Below, piece by piece: positions 1 to 42,250 of a stretch of 64,000 nucleotides of DNA. How positions within the stretch are numbered: position 1 is the first letter of the stretch; the number at the start of each line of letters is the position of its first letter. Made by a program: the position numbers and the translations under genes. The notes below the pieces were generated by a model. The model had not been told where the DNA came from, did not search any database, and saw nothing but the letters and a program-made list of their open reading frames with translations. The stretch is from Camelus dromedarius. Lineage: Eukaryota. The DNA lies in the NCBI RefSeq assembly GCF_036321535.1, contig NC_087436.1:60948001-61012000 (forward strand). The letters run 5' to 3'.

Positions 1-373
1 GGAACTGTGCCCCGTTGGCCTTCAGAACCAGATGTCCTGGGGTCTCCTTCTCTTCCCAGTGCTGGAACCTGAGCTAGGGAGCCTGACGTGGGGCTTAGAG
101 CTCTCACTTCTGTGGGAGGGCCTCTGCGACTTAACTGTTCTTCAGCTTGTGGGTCACCCACCCGGGTGTATGGGGCCCAGTTATACCGCGAGCATGCCCC
201 TCCTACCATCCTGTTGTGCTTCCGTCTTTATGTTTCCAGTTGCAAAAGATCTTTTTTGCTAGGTTCCAGTCTTTTTTTTGATGATTGTTTATCATTCAGT
301 TGTGGTTTCATTGTAGTTGTGAGGAGAGGCGAGCTCTTGGTCCTACCACTCTGCCATCTTGACTGGAAAATCC
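1..373 (-). mobile_element. 5' end (5'UTR/promoter region) of a LINE-1-like element, antisense to POLR2B, running off the left edge
   Basis: GC-richer than flanks; gccatcttg at 353-361 reads CAAGATGGC on -, the YY1-type motif typical of L1 5' termini; abrupt switch to AT-rich intron after ~373. Confidence 0.6.
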
Positions 374-1304
374 ATGAAGCATTGTTTTAAAAATGTTGCT
401 TTGGAAGTGATGTTTCTTTGGAGTGGGAAGAGGCTGGAGGCAGATAAAAATCTTGAAATAATTTTCAGTAAGTTTCAGATAATAATAATAACTAACGTGA
501 TGGTGGAAATGAGAAGTTGGATGACTGAATTCCTTTTGGTTCATTATCACCATGAGTTCTCTTTGCTTTTTACTCACTCCAGTTTGGGAAACTTGGGTAT
601 CAGGAGTTTTCCTTTAGTGGTCAGCTTCGTTCCATCTTTTTCTTTACTGAGATTTGATTTGAGAGGAATCCGCTATCCATTTAGCTGTGGAAAGTTCTCA
701 TGGATTTAGTTTTATTGGGTAGCAAATAGATATTTAATAAACTTTTCTTTTTTCCTCTTTTTGTTTTTTTAAGGTGGGCTGAGTCAGCCAAGGTTAGAAA
801 TTCTCATATCTTTATGTAGAATAGTAATTAGTATTTTCTGTATGTTTAATTGGAGAGCTTAGGTTTACTTTTTCTATGTTCTGTTGATTAGTTGAGAGCA
901 TGTTTCTAATTGTTTGAATGTGTATTTTTTTTATTTTCTGGTAACTTTGTATACCTGACCAGAACTAAGGAGAGGGCGCATGAAATGGCTATATAGATCG
1001 TTACTTAAATCCATTTCAGTTATTTGATATGAACTCAGAGCATATGATGTGTGCTTAGTCTTTATTTAGTTGTGATATGCTAAGTTTCTTTTTGTCTTCC
1101 ATCTTAAGAAAATGATGAAGTATAAAACTTGACATCTTTGGAATATGGATGTTAACTTTAGAGAGTCCTCATTTTAGTAAAGTGATTAATTTTGGCATTT
1201 TCTAGATCTGTTTCTACTCAAAATGTTGATGTCAATTAAAATGGAATCAGATCTTTTATGGAAAAAATTATTTACCCTTTTCATGGTTTTTGGTTTTATT
1301 TTAG

Positions 1305-31259
<29,955 letters not shown>

Positions 31260-31361
31260 CTCTTCTAAAAATCTTTGGGTCTTTTGTGTTTTGTTTCTAT
31301 GATATGGCTTTTAAAAAGGATTTAAAAATAACAAAAATGTACTGCCTTGTGAGAAAAGCAG

Positions 31362-31367
31362 TTTATT
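31362..31367 (-). terminator. IGFBP7: Probable IGFBP7 polyadenylation signal (AATAAA on -)
   Basis: tttatt on +, ~225 nt past the IGFBP7 stop; U-rich downstream tract on - (atttttgttattttt). Confidence 0.75.
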
Positions 31368-31413
31368 TGTTTTGTTTAATGATAAGCATGCTCTTCTTCT
31401 TTTGTAAATAGGA

Positions 31414-31419
31414 AATAAA
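31414..31419 (+). terminator. POLR2B: Probable POLR2B polyadenylation signal AATAAA
   Basis: First AATAAA after the stop (~155 nt); GU/U-rich downstream gtcttgatgtgttatcttt. Confidence 0.78.
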
Positions 31420-31593
31420 TTTTTGTAGATAGTCTTGATGTGTTATCTTTACTTTCTATTTCACTGTGTAAAACCAGTGAATATAACTAAAGTACTAGTG
31501 GACTGGATGAAAAGAAACTGGTTACTAGGCAAGAACATGGGCTGGAGTGATCCGTGACTACTTCAGCTATGCAAGCTAATATATTCCGCAGGC

Positions 31594-31613
31594 TTACAGC
31601 TCAGCACCTTCAC
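31594..31613 (-). CDS. IGFBP7: IGFBP7 exon 5 CDS (G)EGAEL*
   Basis: On -: taaacag|gt gaa ggt gct gag ctg taa. Confidence 0.93.
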
Positions 31614-34600
31614 CTGTTTATTTTAAAAAAAAAGATAATTAGTTACATATATGGACATGGTTGACTTTTAAAATTTGATGTAGTTTAGCGTTTTCAAGTA
31701 AATGATGATGTTAAAATGTGGAGATAAAGGATGTGTGAGTAACTGTACACATGATCTGGTGCAGTGCTTGCTCTTTGAGCTGTACGGTGTTAGATGTGGA
31801 GGTGATTTTGTTGTACTGGTCTGCGTGTAAGAGATGGACCTTACTACAGAACTGGGAGAAGCACGTTTCACAAACGAGCAAGGTGAGATCTAGTGCTAAG
31901 GAACTTCCCTTACTCATTCCAAATTTAAAGTGGAATAATTAGTGGCAGAGCTTAGACTCAGACAACTCTTAGCTACTGCTCTGTTTGTTTCATCACTTGG
32001 CTTTACACATCTGGGCTGAAAAGAATCTGACCAAACATATCTTTACTTGACATTTCTTCCTTTCATACCACAGCTGTGATCCACACAGTGGAAATGGTTT
32101 TGACAAATGCTGGCAATAAATTTTGTTCTTATTTTTGGCTTAAGGGAAAACCAATTCAGACATCAGTCTAGTAGAACTATATAAATGTAAAGTAGCATTA
32201 CTCTGACACCACCGGGATGGGTGCTTAAGAGGGAGCTTTTGACAGTGAAGTGGATAGAGGCAGAACAGACTTGGGTACTTGCCAATATACTCTTTCTGGC
32301 TTTTTCTTATTAAAAGCTCAAAGTGAAGGACCAGAATTGCCTACAATCATTTCTTTTTTAAATGGAAATTTAAGGGTCACAACACCAAGGAAAATGCTAT
32401 GAAGACAGAAAGTTACGGGAAATATAAACCATTCCAATTGGTTTGAGTTTTGACTCATACGTGTAAGATAGAGTGAAAGCGTCGAAGTCATAATAATAGC
32501 ATTCCATCGACCAGCGAATGTTCTTTTGGAGTCGTGCACTCTACATTTTGGTTACATACTTAATGTCCTTCCCTTGTGGATTCCTAACATAGAATTTCAT
32601 TAAGAGCGATGTCTGATACTTTCATACTTGGTTCTGTCCCTTATTAAACAAAGCACTAGTCATTTTTAAATGGTTGTGAGATTTATTACCTACCTTTTTT
32701 CACTGGTATTTCATGTAAGGCATCAACCACTGTAATTTTTGCTGATGCTGAAGCCTGTCCTTGGCTATTGGATGCATGGCACTCATATTCTCCAGCATCT
32801 TCCTTACTAAGAGGAGATACCTGTGGGGGGAAAAAAAGGATCTTTAGTTTCTCTATGGCCGTCATCTTTTTCCAGTGGCTTCAGTTAGGTCATTATTTTA
32901 TAAGTTGCCTAAGATGACCAGGGGACTTATGGCAAAGATACTGCTAGAAATAGTGTAAATCCTGTGGTAGGAGTATTTGGTCTGCCAGGAAGATTCCTAC
33001 TATGAGGAAAAGTCATGGACAACTTTAGATCAATCACACTGCATAGGTTAAAAACTGGACAGGTGCACATGTCAGTTTGAGGGAGACCTTGGGGATAAGG
33101 GTATACGATCTAAGTACTATCCATGCATGTCCATGACTATCAAAGGTCAGGTAAAATAAAGTAACTATTAATAATTGATTAAAATAATGTTTGGGTTATT
33201 TAGTTCCCTGTGAGGATTTTGCTTTGAACTCATAGGTTTAAAAAAAAAAAACTGGTTCTTTTTTATTTTTTGGCTGTTTCCAAAACATCCAGTAGACTCC
33301 AGCTTTTTTTGTCTGTCTGTTTTTTTTAAGTAAGTTTCCTCTGAAAGAGAACAGGTAGGGCTAGTCCAAAGAGCTGTGGAAGGGCAAATTCTTTTAGCCT
33401 TGGCAGTACATCAGGCACCTTGTTGCCAAGTTCGCTGTGTCTAATCCTAAGAGTGAAATCCTTGGCAGCTCTTGGCACTCACCAGCACCCAGCCAGTTAC
33501 TTCATGCTTTTCTGGGCCACCCCGGGTCTGAATGGCCAGGTTGTCTCGGTCACCAGGCAGGAGTTCTGTCCTTTGAACTCCATAGTGACCCCTTTTTACC
33601 TGCAAAAAAAAAAGGGGAGGGGGAGTGTGAGTTCTCTGCACTGAACCATCAACTTGGAAGTGGCTAACATTCCTAGAATTGCATAGGGCATACATCAGAC
33701 TTTCTAACTGGATTAAACCTAACCATTTCCATGTTACCCTTTCCTGAATATGTATGTAAAATATAAATTCTCTTTTACTTATTCCTATCAGTTTCCCTCT
33801 AGGTTTATGTATTTTAAATTAATACATTTTTCTGCATGCTTGGGAAATACAAATTGTCATAATTTCCTGCCACTGGCTACCATCCTTCACACAAGCCCTT
33901 GTAAATTCTGCTTCTCAAGGCTGGCACTTGGTTGCCGTACGCCATGTTTGACAAACTATCACCCAGTGCTAGGTCTGATACTTGGGACCTTGGGTAAGAG
34001 CCCAACTCCTGGAGCTCTTCCTACAACAGTCTCATCAATGGGAAATAACAGGATGAGTCCACAGCCAATACCATTACTTAGTCCTGACGGCTAAGAGTTC
34101 ATCAAATGATTTACTAAAGACCTGAGAGCAAAAATGCCTTTCAAATACATGCTGCTGTCATTGTTATGACAAAACTTGCTGCCTATCCCTGTGTGTGTCA
34201 TGAAGGGATTCAGAAAGATGGAGTAAGAAGAAATTCAGTTTCCTTGGGTTGAGGCCAGTAGTGAATACTGTCCTAATTTCTCTCATTTAAAAAGGCAAAC
34301 TACATGGGGGAGGGTGTAGCTCAGTGGTACAGCATGTGCTTATTATTAGCATGCACAAGGTCCCGAGTTCAATCTCCAGTACCTCCATTAGAAAAGTAAA
34401 TAAACCTAATTACCTCCTCCCCCCAAAAAACCAAACATAAAAAGGCAAACGATGTTCATTATGTAAACTGGAAAATATATAAAAATTCCTGGAAGAATAA
34501 ATTTGCCTGTAACCCCTCCATACATAAACATTTAACATAAATTTCTAGAAATGGAATTGCTGAGTCGTAGAGTATAAATATTTTAAGGCTTGTGATGATA

Positions 34601-37600
34601 GGTCTGAAAAACAAAGGATAAACAAAGCAATGTTTGTTTATTCCATCCCAGGCTGCCTTTTAGAGTAAGGTTGATGTTTATTGATATTACCTTTGTAATT
34701 AGAAAAAAGAATTTACAGTCTCAAATATGGAGTTTCCTTTTCATTTTCTTTTATAATTAAGCAAATCTTGTGTTCAATCAGATCATCATACATAATTTTT
34801 TTGGATACTTTACACCAGTGTTGCTTCTCCTCCATATGGTCCCACTGCCACCACATGCTGTTACTAAGCTATTGTCTCAGCATCAAACCCACCCTTTATT
34901 TTCTCTGCTTCATGACACCAGGGCTGGGACTCTGCAAACCAAGTGGGATCTAGGCCTGCTCCTACTCCATAAAAAAAAACATCTAGCATTACTGATTCAG
35001 AGTGCCTGGTTTTTGCCTGCTTGCTTTTCTCTCTCCTGGGATTTCCCCATATTGTCACTGTTAGAGAAAACCAGGAGTCTTAGTGTTCTTCTCGTATGAA
35101 TGTTATAAAGACAAAACAGATGAACTCAATAGGCATCTTTTTCTTTCAGTTTCCCAAGTAGCTGGCAGAAAAGGTTCATGCTAGTGCAGATTTTGAAACA
35201 CTTATTTAAAAATGGTTTTAAATAATGGTTTTTAAGTATTATTTTGATTCAGTGGCTAAACTAATACATCTCTGGTCTTCATTTACTGAATTTCAGAATT
35301 CTTTAAGGGTTTTGACCAAAGCAGAAAAACATTACAGCATCGAAATAGTGAATCTTAGCAACTGAGCTGTTGCTCCTCAGCACTCTGCCAATTAACCTGA
35401 CACACTGTGTACCAAGAAACCGTTCTTGCCAAGTATTTGATTGCAAGATAATTAAAGTGAGTACTGTTAAATGTAAGTAACGTAAAAAGTTTCATACCAT
35501 GTAGAAAACACACAGAAGTGCAAAGAATTTTTACATGGCCAATTTTTATATGGCAAACTCCTTTACTCTTTTACTTATATAAGGGGAATTTGTTGATGTT
35601 TTCAGTTTGAGGGAAAAAAGATGCAGGGTGGGCTGAGAAAGTGGTTTCTAAGACAATTCTACAGATGCGCAGTGGGCTGGAAGTGCCTCAAAGTTTGACC
35701 CTTAGAAGTCTGTAAGGCAGAAAAAACTGCCTGGAAGTCACTGCTCACCACAATTTCAACTAGGGGAAGACTCAGAGGGAGGCCCGGAAGTCATCTCAGC
35801 CCTCTGGTTGTGTTTTAGCTGCAAAAAGATTTTCCTGAATCCTGCTATTGCAAATAAGCAGTAACTAAGAAAAAGGTGCCAGTGATTACAGAAGCAGGAT
35901 GGATCAGTCTGATTCCCACAGGTTAAGAAATCTCAAGCATTCACAGAATTGCAGGAAATCCTTCAAAGGATATTTATGCAGATCAGAATATTTGCTGTGT
36001 CTTTTTGGTGAAGTTTCAGAAGAATTTTATGATGAAACAGAATACATGTCTGTTAAAAGTTTCAGCTCCTCAGACATTAAACAAATAAAAATCAAAATGG
36101 TTGTGTAGGAAAAAATATTTGTAATACATGATAAAGGGTTAATATCTCTAATGTACAAAAAGCCACAACTGATAATAAGAATCAGCTCAATAGAAAAATG
36201 AGTAATGGCTGTGAGCAGGTAATTCATAGAAGAAAAAATCCAAATGTGACAATATTCTCAATGTCAAGGAAATTAAAGCAATAATGAGATGATACTTCTA
36301 CCCATCATTAACAAAAACTACAAAAAGAGGGGTAATGTTAAAGGCTGGGGAGGATGCAGGGAAATGACACCCATATATCACTGGAGAAAGTGTGAACTGC
36401 TACAATCCATCTTAGAAAATTATCTATTAAAAGACTAAAATCTTTTGACAAGTCTAGTCATGTACCTTGGGGGAATCTATCCTATGGGGAAAAATAACGC
36501 ACGTAGGATATGTATACTCAGATGTTCAAGGCAGCATTATTTAAGGTGATGAAAAATTGGAAACAACAGAATCCAGGGGTGGTTTAATAATTATGGTACA
36601 TCCACACTTGGAATATTACATAGTTCTTGAGAAGCAGACCTGGAGGGGATGCCCATGAAGTATTTCTTAAAAAGGCAAGTTTCAGAGTAATACACCATAT
36701 TCCCACCTCACCCCACACACTGAGAATGTGTTTGTGGACAAGACAGTCTCTTTAGCAAGTGATGTCGAGAAAACTGGTCAGCAGCAATGTAAATCAATGA
36801 AGTTATTAGAGCACGCCCTCACACTATACACAAAAATAAACTCTAAATGGCTTAAAGACTTCAATATAAGACAAGACACAATAAACCTCCTAGAAGAAAA
36901 CATAAGCAAAACATTCTCTGACATAAATCTTAGCAATTTTCTCTTAGGAAAGTCTAACCAGGCAATAGAAATAAAAGCAAAAATAAACAAATGGGACCTA
37001 ATTAAACTTACAAGCTTTTGCACAGCAAAGGAAACCATAAGTAAAACAAAACAACAACCTACAGACTGGGAGAAGGTATTTGCAAATGGTGCAACTGACA
37101 AAGGTTTAATTTCCAGAATTTATAAACAGCTCATACAGCTTAATAACAAAAAAAAAAAAAAACCCAATCCAAAAACGAACAGAAGACCTAAACAAGCAAT
37201 TCTCCAATGAAGACATACAAATGGCCAAAAGGCACATGAAAAAATGTTCAATGTCACTAATAGAGAAATGCAAATCAAAACCTCAAATTGGTTATCACCT
37301 CACATCAGTCAGAATGGCCATCATTCAAAAGTTCACAAACAATAAATGCTGGAGAGGGTGTGGAGAAATGGGAACTCTCTTAAACTGCTGGCAGGAATGT
37401 AGTTTGGTGCGACCATTATGGAAAATAGTATGGAGATTCCTTAAAAAACTAAAAATATACTTACCATATGATCCAACAATCCCACTCCTGGGCATATATC
37501 CAGAGGGAACCTTCATTCAAAAAGATACATGCACCCCAATGTTCATAGCAGCACTATTTACAGTAGCAAAGACATGGAAGCAACCTAAATGTCCACTGAC

Positions 37601-40600
37601 AGATGACTGGATAAAGAAGCTGTGGTATATTTATACAATGGAATACTACTCAGCCATAAAAATAATAAAATGCCATTTGCAGCAACATGGATGGACCTGG
37701 AGACTGTCATTCTAAGTGAAGTAAGCCAGAAAGAAAGAAAAATACCATATGATATCACTCACATGGAATCTTAAAAAAAGAGGACACTAATGAAGTCATC
37801 TACAAAACAGAAACAGACTTGCAGACATAGTAAACAATCTTACAGTTACCGGAGGAAAGAGGGTGGAAGGGATAAATTTGGGAGTTTTGAGATTTGCAAA
37901 GGTTAACCACTACATATAAAAATAGATTAAAAAAAACAAATTTCCTCTGTATAGCACTGGGAACAATATTCAATACCTTGTAATAACCTTTAATGAAAAA
38001 ATATGAAAGTGAATATATGTATACATATGTATAAAAAAGAATGTGTGTGTATACATTTGAGCATGAGTAAGGGAATCCTTGAGCAAGAAAGATGTGCTAC
38101 CTTCTTTGAATCTCAGTTTAACAAGTGAGAATTCTAAGATTCATTCATACCTAGAAAGCATTTCTGTGCTTAAACTGGATTTGACTGGTGATCTTAAATA
38201 TGTCTTTTTCTTTTTTTTGAGTAAAAGTAGATTTATTCAGAGAGATGCACACTCCATGGACCAAGTGCAAGTCATCTCAGAAGGTCAGAGAGAGGGACCA
38301 ATATATCTGTGTTCTTAATAGTTATAAGGTTGTAAGGAGAGTGGGGAGAAAACAAATGGCCTCTTTAATTCTTTGGGTCAGTGACTTTCAAAGTGCTTTG
38401 AGACGGCCCAAGTAGTAAGAAATACGTTTTGCACTGCAATCTGGAATATACAAGAAAAAAAGTCTTATGAAATACCTTTACTAAATGTACCTTTACTTAA
38501 GATATTTTCTGTTGTACTTTTTGTTTTTTAAGAAAATGTTGGTTGTGATCCCTACATTAACTGCAAGATTCACTGAAGGGTCATGGTCTGCAGTCTGAAA
38601 AGCACTGCTTTAGGTCATGCATGTGGCAAATTACATTATGAAGGTAGAAGGTGCTTGACAGTTGGGTTTTTGCTTGTTTCTGGCGAGTCTGTAGAATTTT
38701 TTTTTTTCCCCGTTTTTCCTCACTCCTTCTCTTCCCACCCTCCTGACCCCCCAGTTGACAAGCCCTCAGGGAAGCCTCACAGGATCCCAAAGTTTAAAGG
38801 AAAAGATTCCTGAGGCAGATTTATTCCCTGGTATGTGCATGCATTAGCTGGAGGGATGGGCAGAGCAAGGACTAAAGAAATTATTCAAGGCAAGATATGC
38901 CATTAAGGTCACACGCCCTGGGACACTTGGGTCACCCTGGCTTCTCATTGTGTAATCCCTGGAGAACTGCAACAGCACTTTTTATGGATACTCTTTGGAA
39001 AAGTTGTTCCTCCCCCTCTCCACCCCCTAGAACAAACCAGCAGCCTCCACATAAGTAATGAGTATCAGCAGCTTTCGCTGAAGGCCAGGAGGAACACAGT
39101 GCATTTTTGCTCAACTGCTCCTGCCTTCCCTTAAAAAAATAGTTTACTGAGGTAAAATTTCATATCTCCCTTTAGGAAAGCTGTAGTACAGCTAGTACCA
39201 TCTGCACACACACCCTCCCCACCCCAGTCTGGGTCACTCTGACTTCACTCCCACCAGATGGCTCCATGGGAGCACCACATCTCTCTGGCCACATGGGGGA
39301 GCCAGAGTTTGGCAGGTGACCCAACCTGGGTCATAGTCCTTCGGTGGGAATTTTACAATGCAGCAGAGTGGGGCGCCCTTTTTCCTCTGTGATTTCCATA
39401 CATCACGTAATATGTGATCTTGGAGCTGCCAGTGACAATATCACCTATAGCACAGGAGGAATCTTTCTGAAGTAGAAGGAAAAAATGAGACCCCTACATT
39501 GACAGCAAAGAGTCAAGAGTTAAGAATTCTGACCCCACTGTGTACCTGGATCCAGCTGCCCTTGAGGCTGGAATCATCCCCCCACCACTTTTTTTTTTTC
39601 CCTAAGCTAGTGTGAAGTGAGTTTCTCCAATTTGCTATAGAAACAGCTCTGACTGTGGGAGCCAAAATCCCTCCTGGAGTTCCAGAAGTTGCTCCTCTGG
39701 TCAGATACCAAGCAAACAAAATAATCAGGAGAGACCATCACCCATCTTCAAGCTTGCTGGAGAAGCAAACCAGCTGAAAAGGGGTGTCTGGTTATGCCTT
39801 TTTGACTTAAACTATATTTCCTCTTACTAGCATGAGTTGGATGATATTTACTCCATAGATTGCTGTGAGGCTTAAACAAGGCAACATGTATCAGGGCAAT
39901 AGTGTAACATAATGTACAGTATGGCTGTGAAGTATTACTAGGTCTGGCAAATGTTTTCTCTTCCCTCCTACAGACATTCTGAGAATGTGCTGTCCTTCAC
40001 AAGTGGAGACAGTTTTACAAGATAATGCCCCTTGAAGGAAAACATTTTCGGAATCAGTAGCTACTAGCATCTCTTGAGTGTTAATTATGTATCTGACAAT
40101 GAGCCAAGTGATTAAGCTGCATTACTTTGTGTAATCTTTACAAGAATTCTATGCTACTTTGATCATATGGAGGAGAAGCCAAGGCTTAGAGCACTGGCAT
40201 TTTCCCTCAGGGGACACTTGATAATGTCTGGAGACATTTTTAACTGTCACGATGTGTGTGTGTGTGTGTGAAAGCCAAGGATGCTGCAAAACAACTTACA
40301 ATGCACAGGGCAGCCCCTACAACAAAGAACCGTCTGGCTCAAAATGTTAATAGTGCTGATGCCGAGAAATCCTGGCTGTGAGAGAACTCAGCTGACCTGG
40401 CTAAGGAACTCACATTCTTAACCACTATGCTATACTGAGACCTACGCCTGCAGGCACACACACGATCTCACACATGCACGCACACATGCACACACACACA
40501 GTCAGGAGGGGATGGGTGTTCAGCATCATAGTTCTTCCAGTTCTCAAGACTCCCTGCTCCGGACTGCTAACAAAAGCAGAGCAGCGATTATTCTGGAGGT

Positions 40601-40877
40601 CAGTAAGATTGTGTGTGATAGACCCAGGACAGGTGTCTGGAAGACTGTCAGGAGGCCTTGACTTTGAGGAGCAGAAGGCAATGGAACAGGCTGAGGATTT
40701 TAGGCTTTGCGCAGTATAAGAGGAGCTCACCAGTCTAGGATGTCTTCCTGAAATCTGAGGCACTGACCTTGTTCCAGATGAGGACGGGGGTTGGGATGCC
40801 GATGACCTCACAGCTCAGGTACACTTGTGCGCCACTGACGTTCCAGATGTCCTTGGGGGGCGTCACAATGGAAGGAC
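31594..40877 (-). CDS. IGFBP7: Insulin-like growth factor-binding protein 7, 5'-partial (Ig-like domain and C-terminus; exons 2-5)
   Basis: Four phase-consistent exons (110+117+127+20 nt) translate to [27 protein letters not shown]...[13 protein letters not shown]; tail-to-tail synteny with POLR2B as in human. Confidence 0.98.
32694..32820 (-). CDS. IGFBP7: IGFBP7 exon 4 [42 protein letters not shown](G)
   Basis: On -: cacag| ... |gtaggt; 127 nt; Ig motif DAGEYEC. Confidence 0.96.
33483..33599 (-). CDS. IGFBP7: IGFBP7 exon 3 [39 protein letters not shown]
   Basis: On -: tttgcag| ... |gtgagt; 117 nt; ORF 33447..33695. Confidence 0.97.
34306..34437 (+). mobile_element. tRNA-Ala-derived SINE (Vic-1-like), copy 6
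   Basis: gggggagggtgtagctcagtggta...gagttcaatctccagtacctcca head; flanking repeat taaaaaggcaaac at 34288-34300 and 34438-34450. Confidence 0.92.
36050..36720 (+). mobile_element. Ancient L1 (L1ME-like) ORF2 3' fragment
   Basis: gataaagggttaatatctctaatgtacaaaa, tcaatagaaaaatg and aaaaattggaaacaac are decayed ORF2 3' motifs. Confidence 0.6.
36736..38037 (+). mobile_element. 5'-truncated L1: ORF2 C-terminal part, 3'UTR and A tail
   Basis: ORFs 36728..37210 and 37221..37715 read as L1 ORF2 ([43 protein letters not shown]) with frameshifts; TSD agaatgtgt(t/g)tgt at 36723-36735 and 38038-38050. Confidence 0.95.
40195..40374. mobile_element. MER20 hAT transposon remnant with internal (TG)n
   Basis: aatgtctggagacattttt...gatgctgcaaaacaacttacaatgcacagggcagcccc...caaaatgttaatagtgctga. 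Confidence 0.8.
40768..40877 (-). CDS. IGFBP7: IGFBP7 exon 2 (G)[36 protein letters not shown]
   Basis: On -: ttctag| ... |gtcagt; 110 nt. Confidence 0.97.
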
Positions 40878-41859
40878 CTAGAAGATGGCACAAAGCCAAA
40901 TCATCTTTTTAAACAGTCGTTAACATCAGTCAGCGAGCTAGGAAGTAAATACTGGATTATATTTAGGAGGCTGTCCCTCTGCTGATTCTCTGAAGCTAAT
41001 CTCAAAGACCAGACTGGCTTCCCCCAGCCGCCAACAGGATTTGTGGCTACACTTTGGTAATACATAGCATACATCTTGAAAGAGTCAGAAAAAGTTAGGA
41101 AGAAAAATTTATTGCTTACAGATTTTTCTTTCCCCCCAAATCATGCTTAAATGAGTTTTAATTTACCAGCTGTTTTGGTTATCTGGGACTTTCCAAATAA
41201 CAGAGTGGAATTTTACTTCCAAAATATTAAATGTTTTTCTTTTTTGTTTACCACCATTTCTTTCGGGATGGGATGGGGCAACAAGCAACCACTCCTTGGG
41301 TGACGAAAGAAAAGAAATATCTCAGAAGATTTCTGCAAATGTGCTGAATACCCAAAAAAGACGGCAGTCCCTGCCGCCAGCAGTTTGGATCTAAAATTGA
41401 CAAGTCAATAGTGGTAACGGCAGGGATGCCAACTTTCACTGAAGAGAAAGGCATGGTGTGCTGTGTGTGCTGGGAGGCTGGAAGGAGGCACCTCTGAACA
41501 GAAGTGGCCTGGGAGTCACGGAAGAAGGTGGGAGTGTCCTTCCCAGCTCAGACAGGGAGAAGCAGTGACAGGTTTACTGTGTGTGACCAGGGCCCCAAGA
41601 AGAGGGCTCTTTCCCAAGGTTCTCAGTGTCCACGTGCCTGGCAGGGAGCACTGGCTGCTAGAGGCACCTGTCAAGGCACTGCCTGAACAGAGTGACCAGT
41701 ATGAGACCACCCAGGGAGAGCCCAGAGCTATCTGTACCTCCCCACCTGCCCCACTTCTGGAACACATCCCTAGGCCTTCGCTCTCATGCCCCCTCCAGTA
41801 AGAAGGCCCTTATGCAGAACCAACATCAATGATGTGCATCCTTTTTGTTACTGAAGAGG

Positions 41860-42108
41860 TCCTGGGGTTAAATCTGGCCCGTCACTTGTTGCATGGCTTG
41901 TAAGTGGTATTTATGTTTTAAAATGGTTAGAAGTTTTTAAAAGAAGGATATTTCAAGATGTGAAAATTATCAGAGGTTCACATTTCAGTGCCCATAAAAT
42001 GAAGTTTTACTGGAACACAGCCATGCCCAGAGGAGGCAGTTGCAGCTAAGACTGTACAGTCTAAGATATATTACTATTTGACCCTACGTAGAAGTGCTGG
42101 TCCCTGCT
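41860..42108. mobile_element. MER58B-like remnant
   Basis: aaatctggccc...gttttactggaacacagccatgccca...tatttactatttgaccc. Confidence 0.6.
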
Positions 42109-42250
42109 CTTATCAGTTGTGGGGTGACCAATGCCTAAATAAGACATTACAGGAACGTTTCAGGACTTCGATCCTTTATGCATTACCCCAGACAGATGCA
42201 AATAAACCCACTGGATAATTTCTGATCCAGCTCTAGAATGTTAACATTAC

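Noticed and set aside
34306..34388. Apparent tRNA-Ala gene (and the six similar loci)
   Set aside because: Disrupted stems, a shared non-tRNA tail, A-rich ends and TSDs identify them as SINEs
36728..37715. Long ORFs (160 and 164 aa) as a novel gene or active retroelement
   Set aside because: Frameshifted fragments of a 5'-truncated L1 ORF2 lacking the endonuclease and RT core
40425..40811. 128-aa minus-strand ORF overlapping IGFBP7 exon 2
   Set aside because: Different frame from the exon, runs through the donor into a (TG)-type repeat, and has no ATG start
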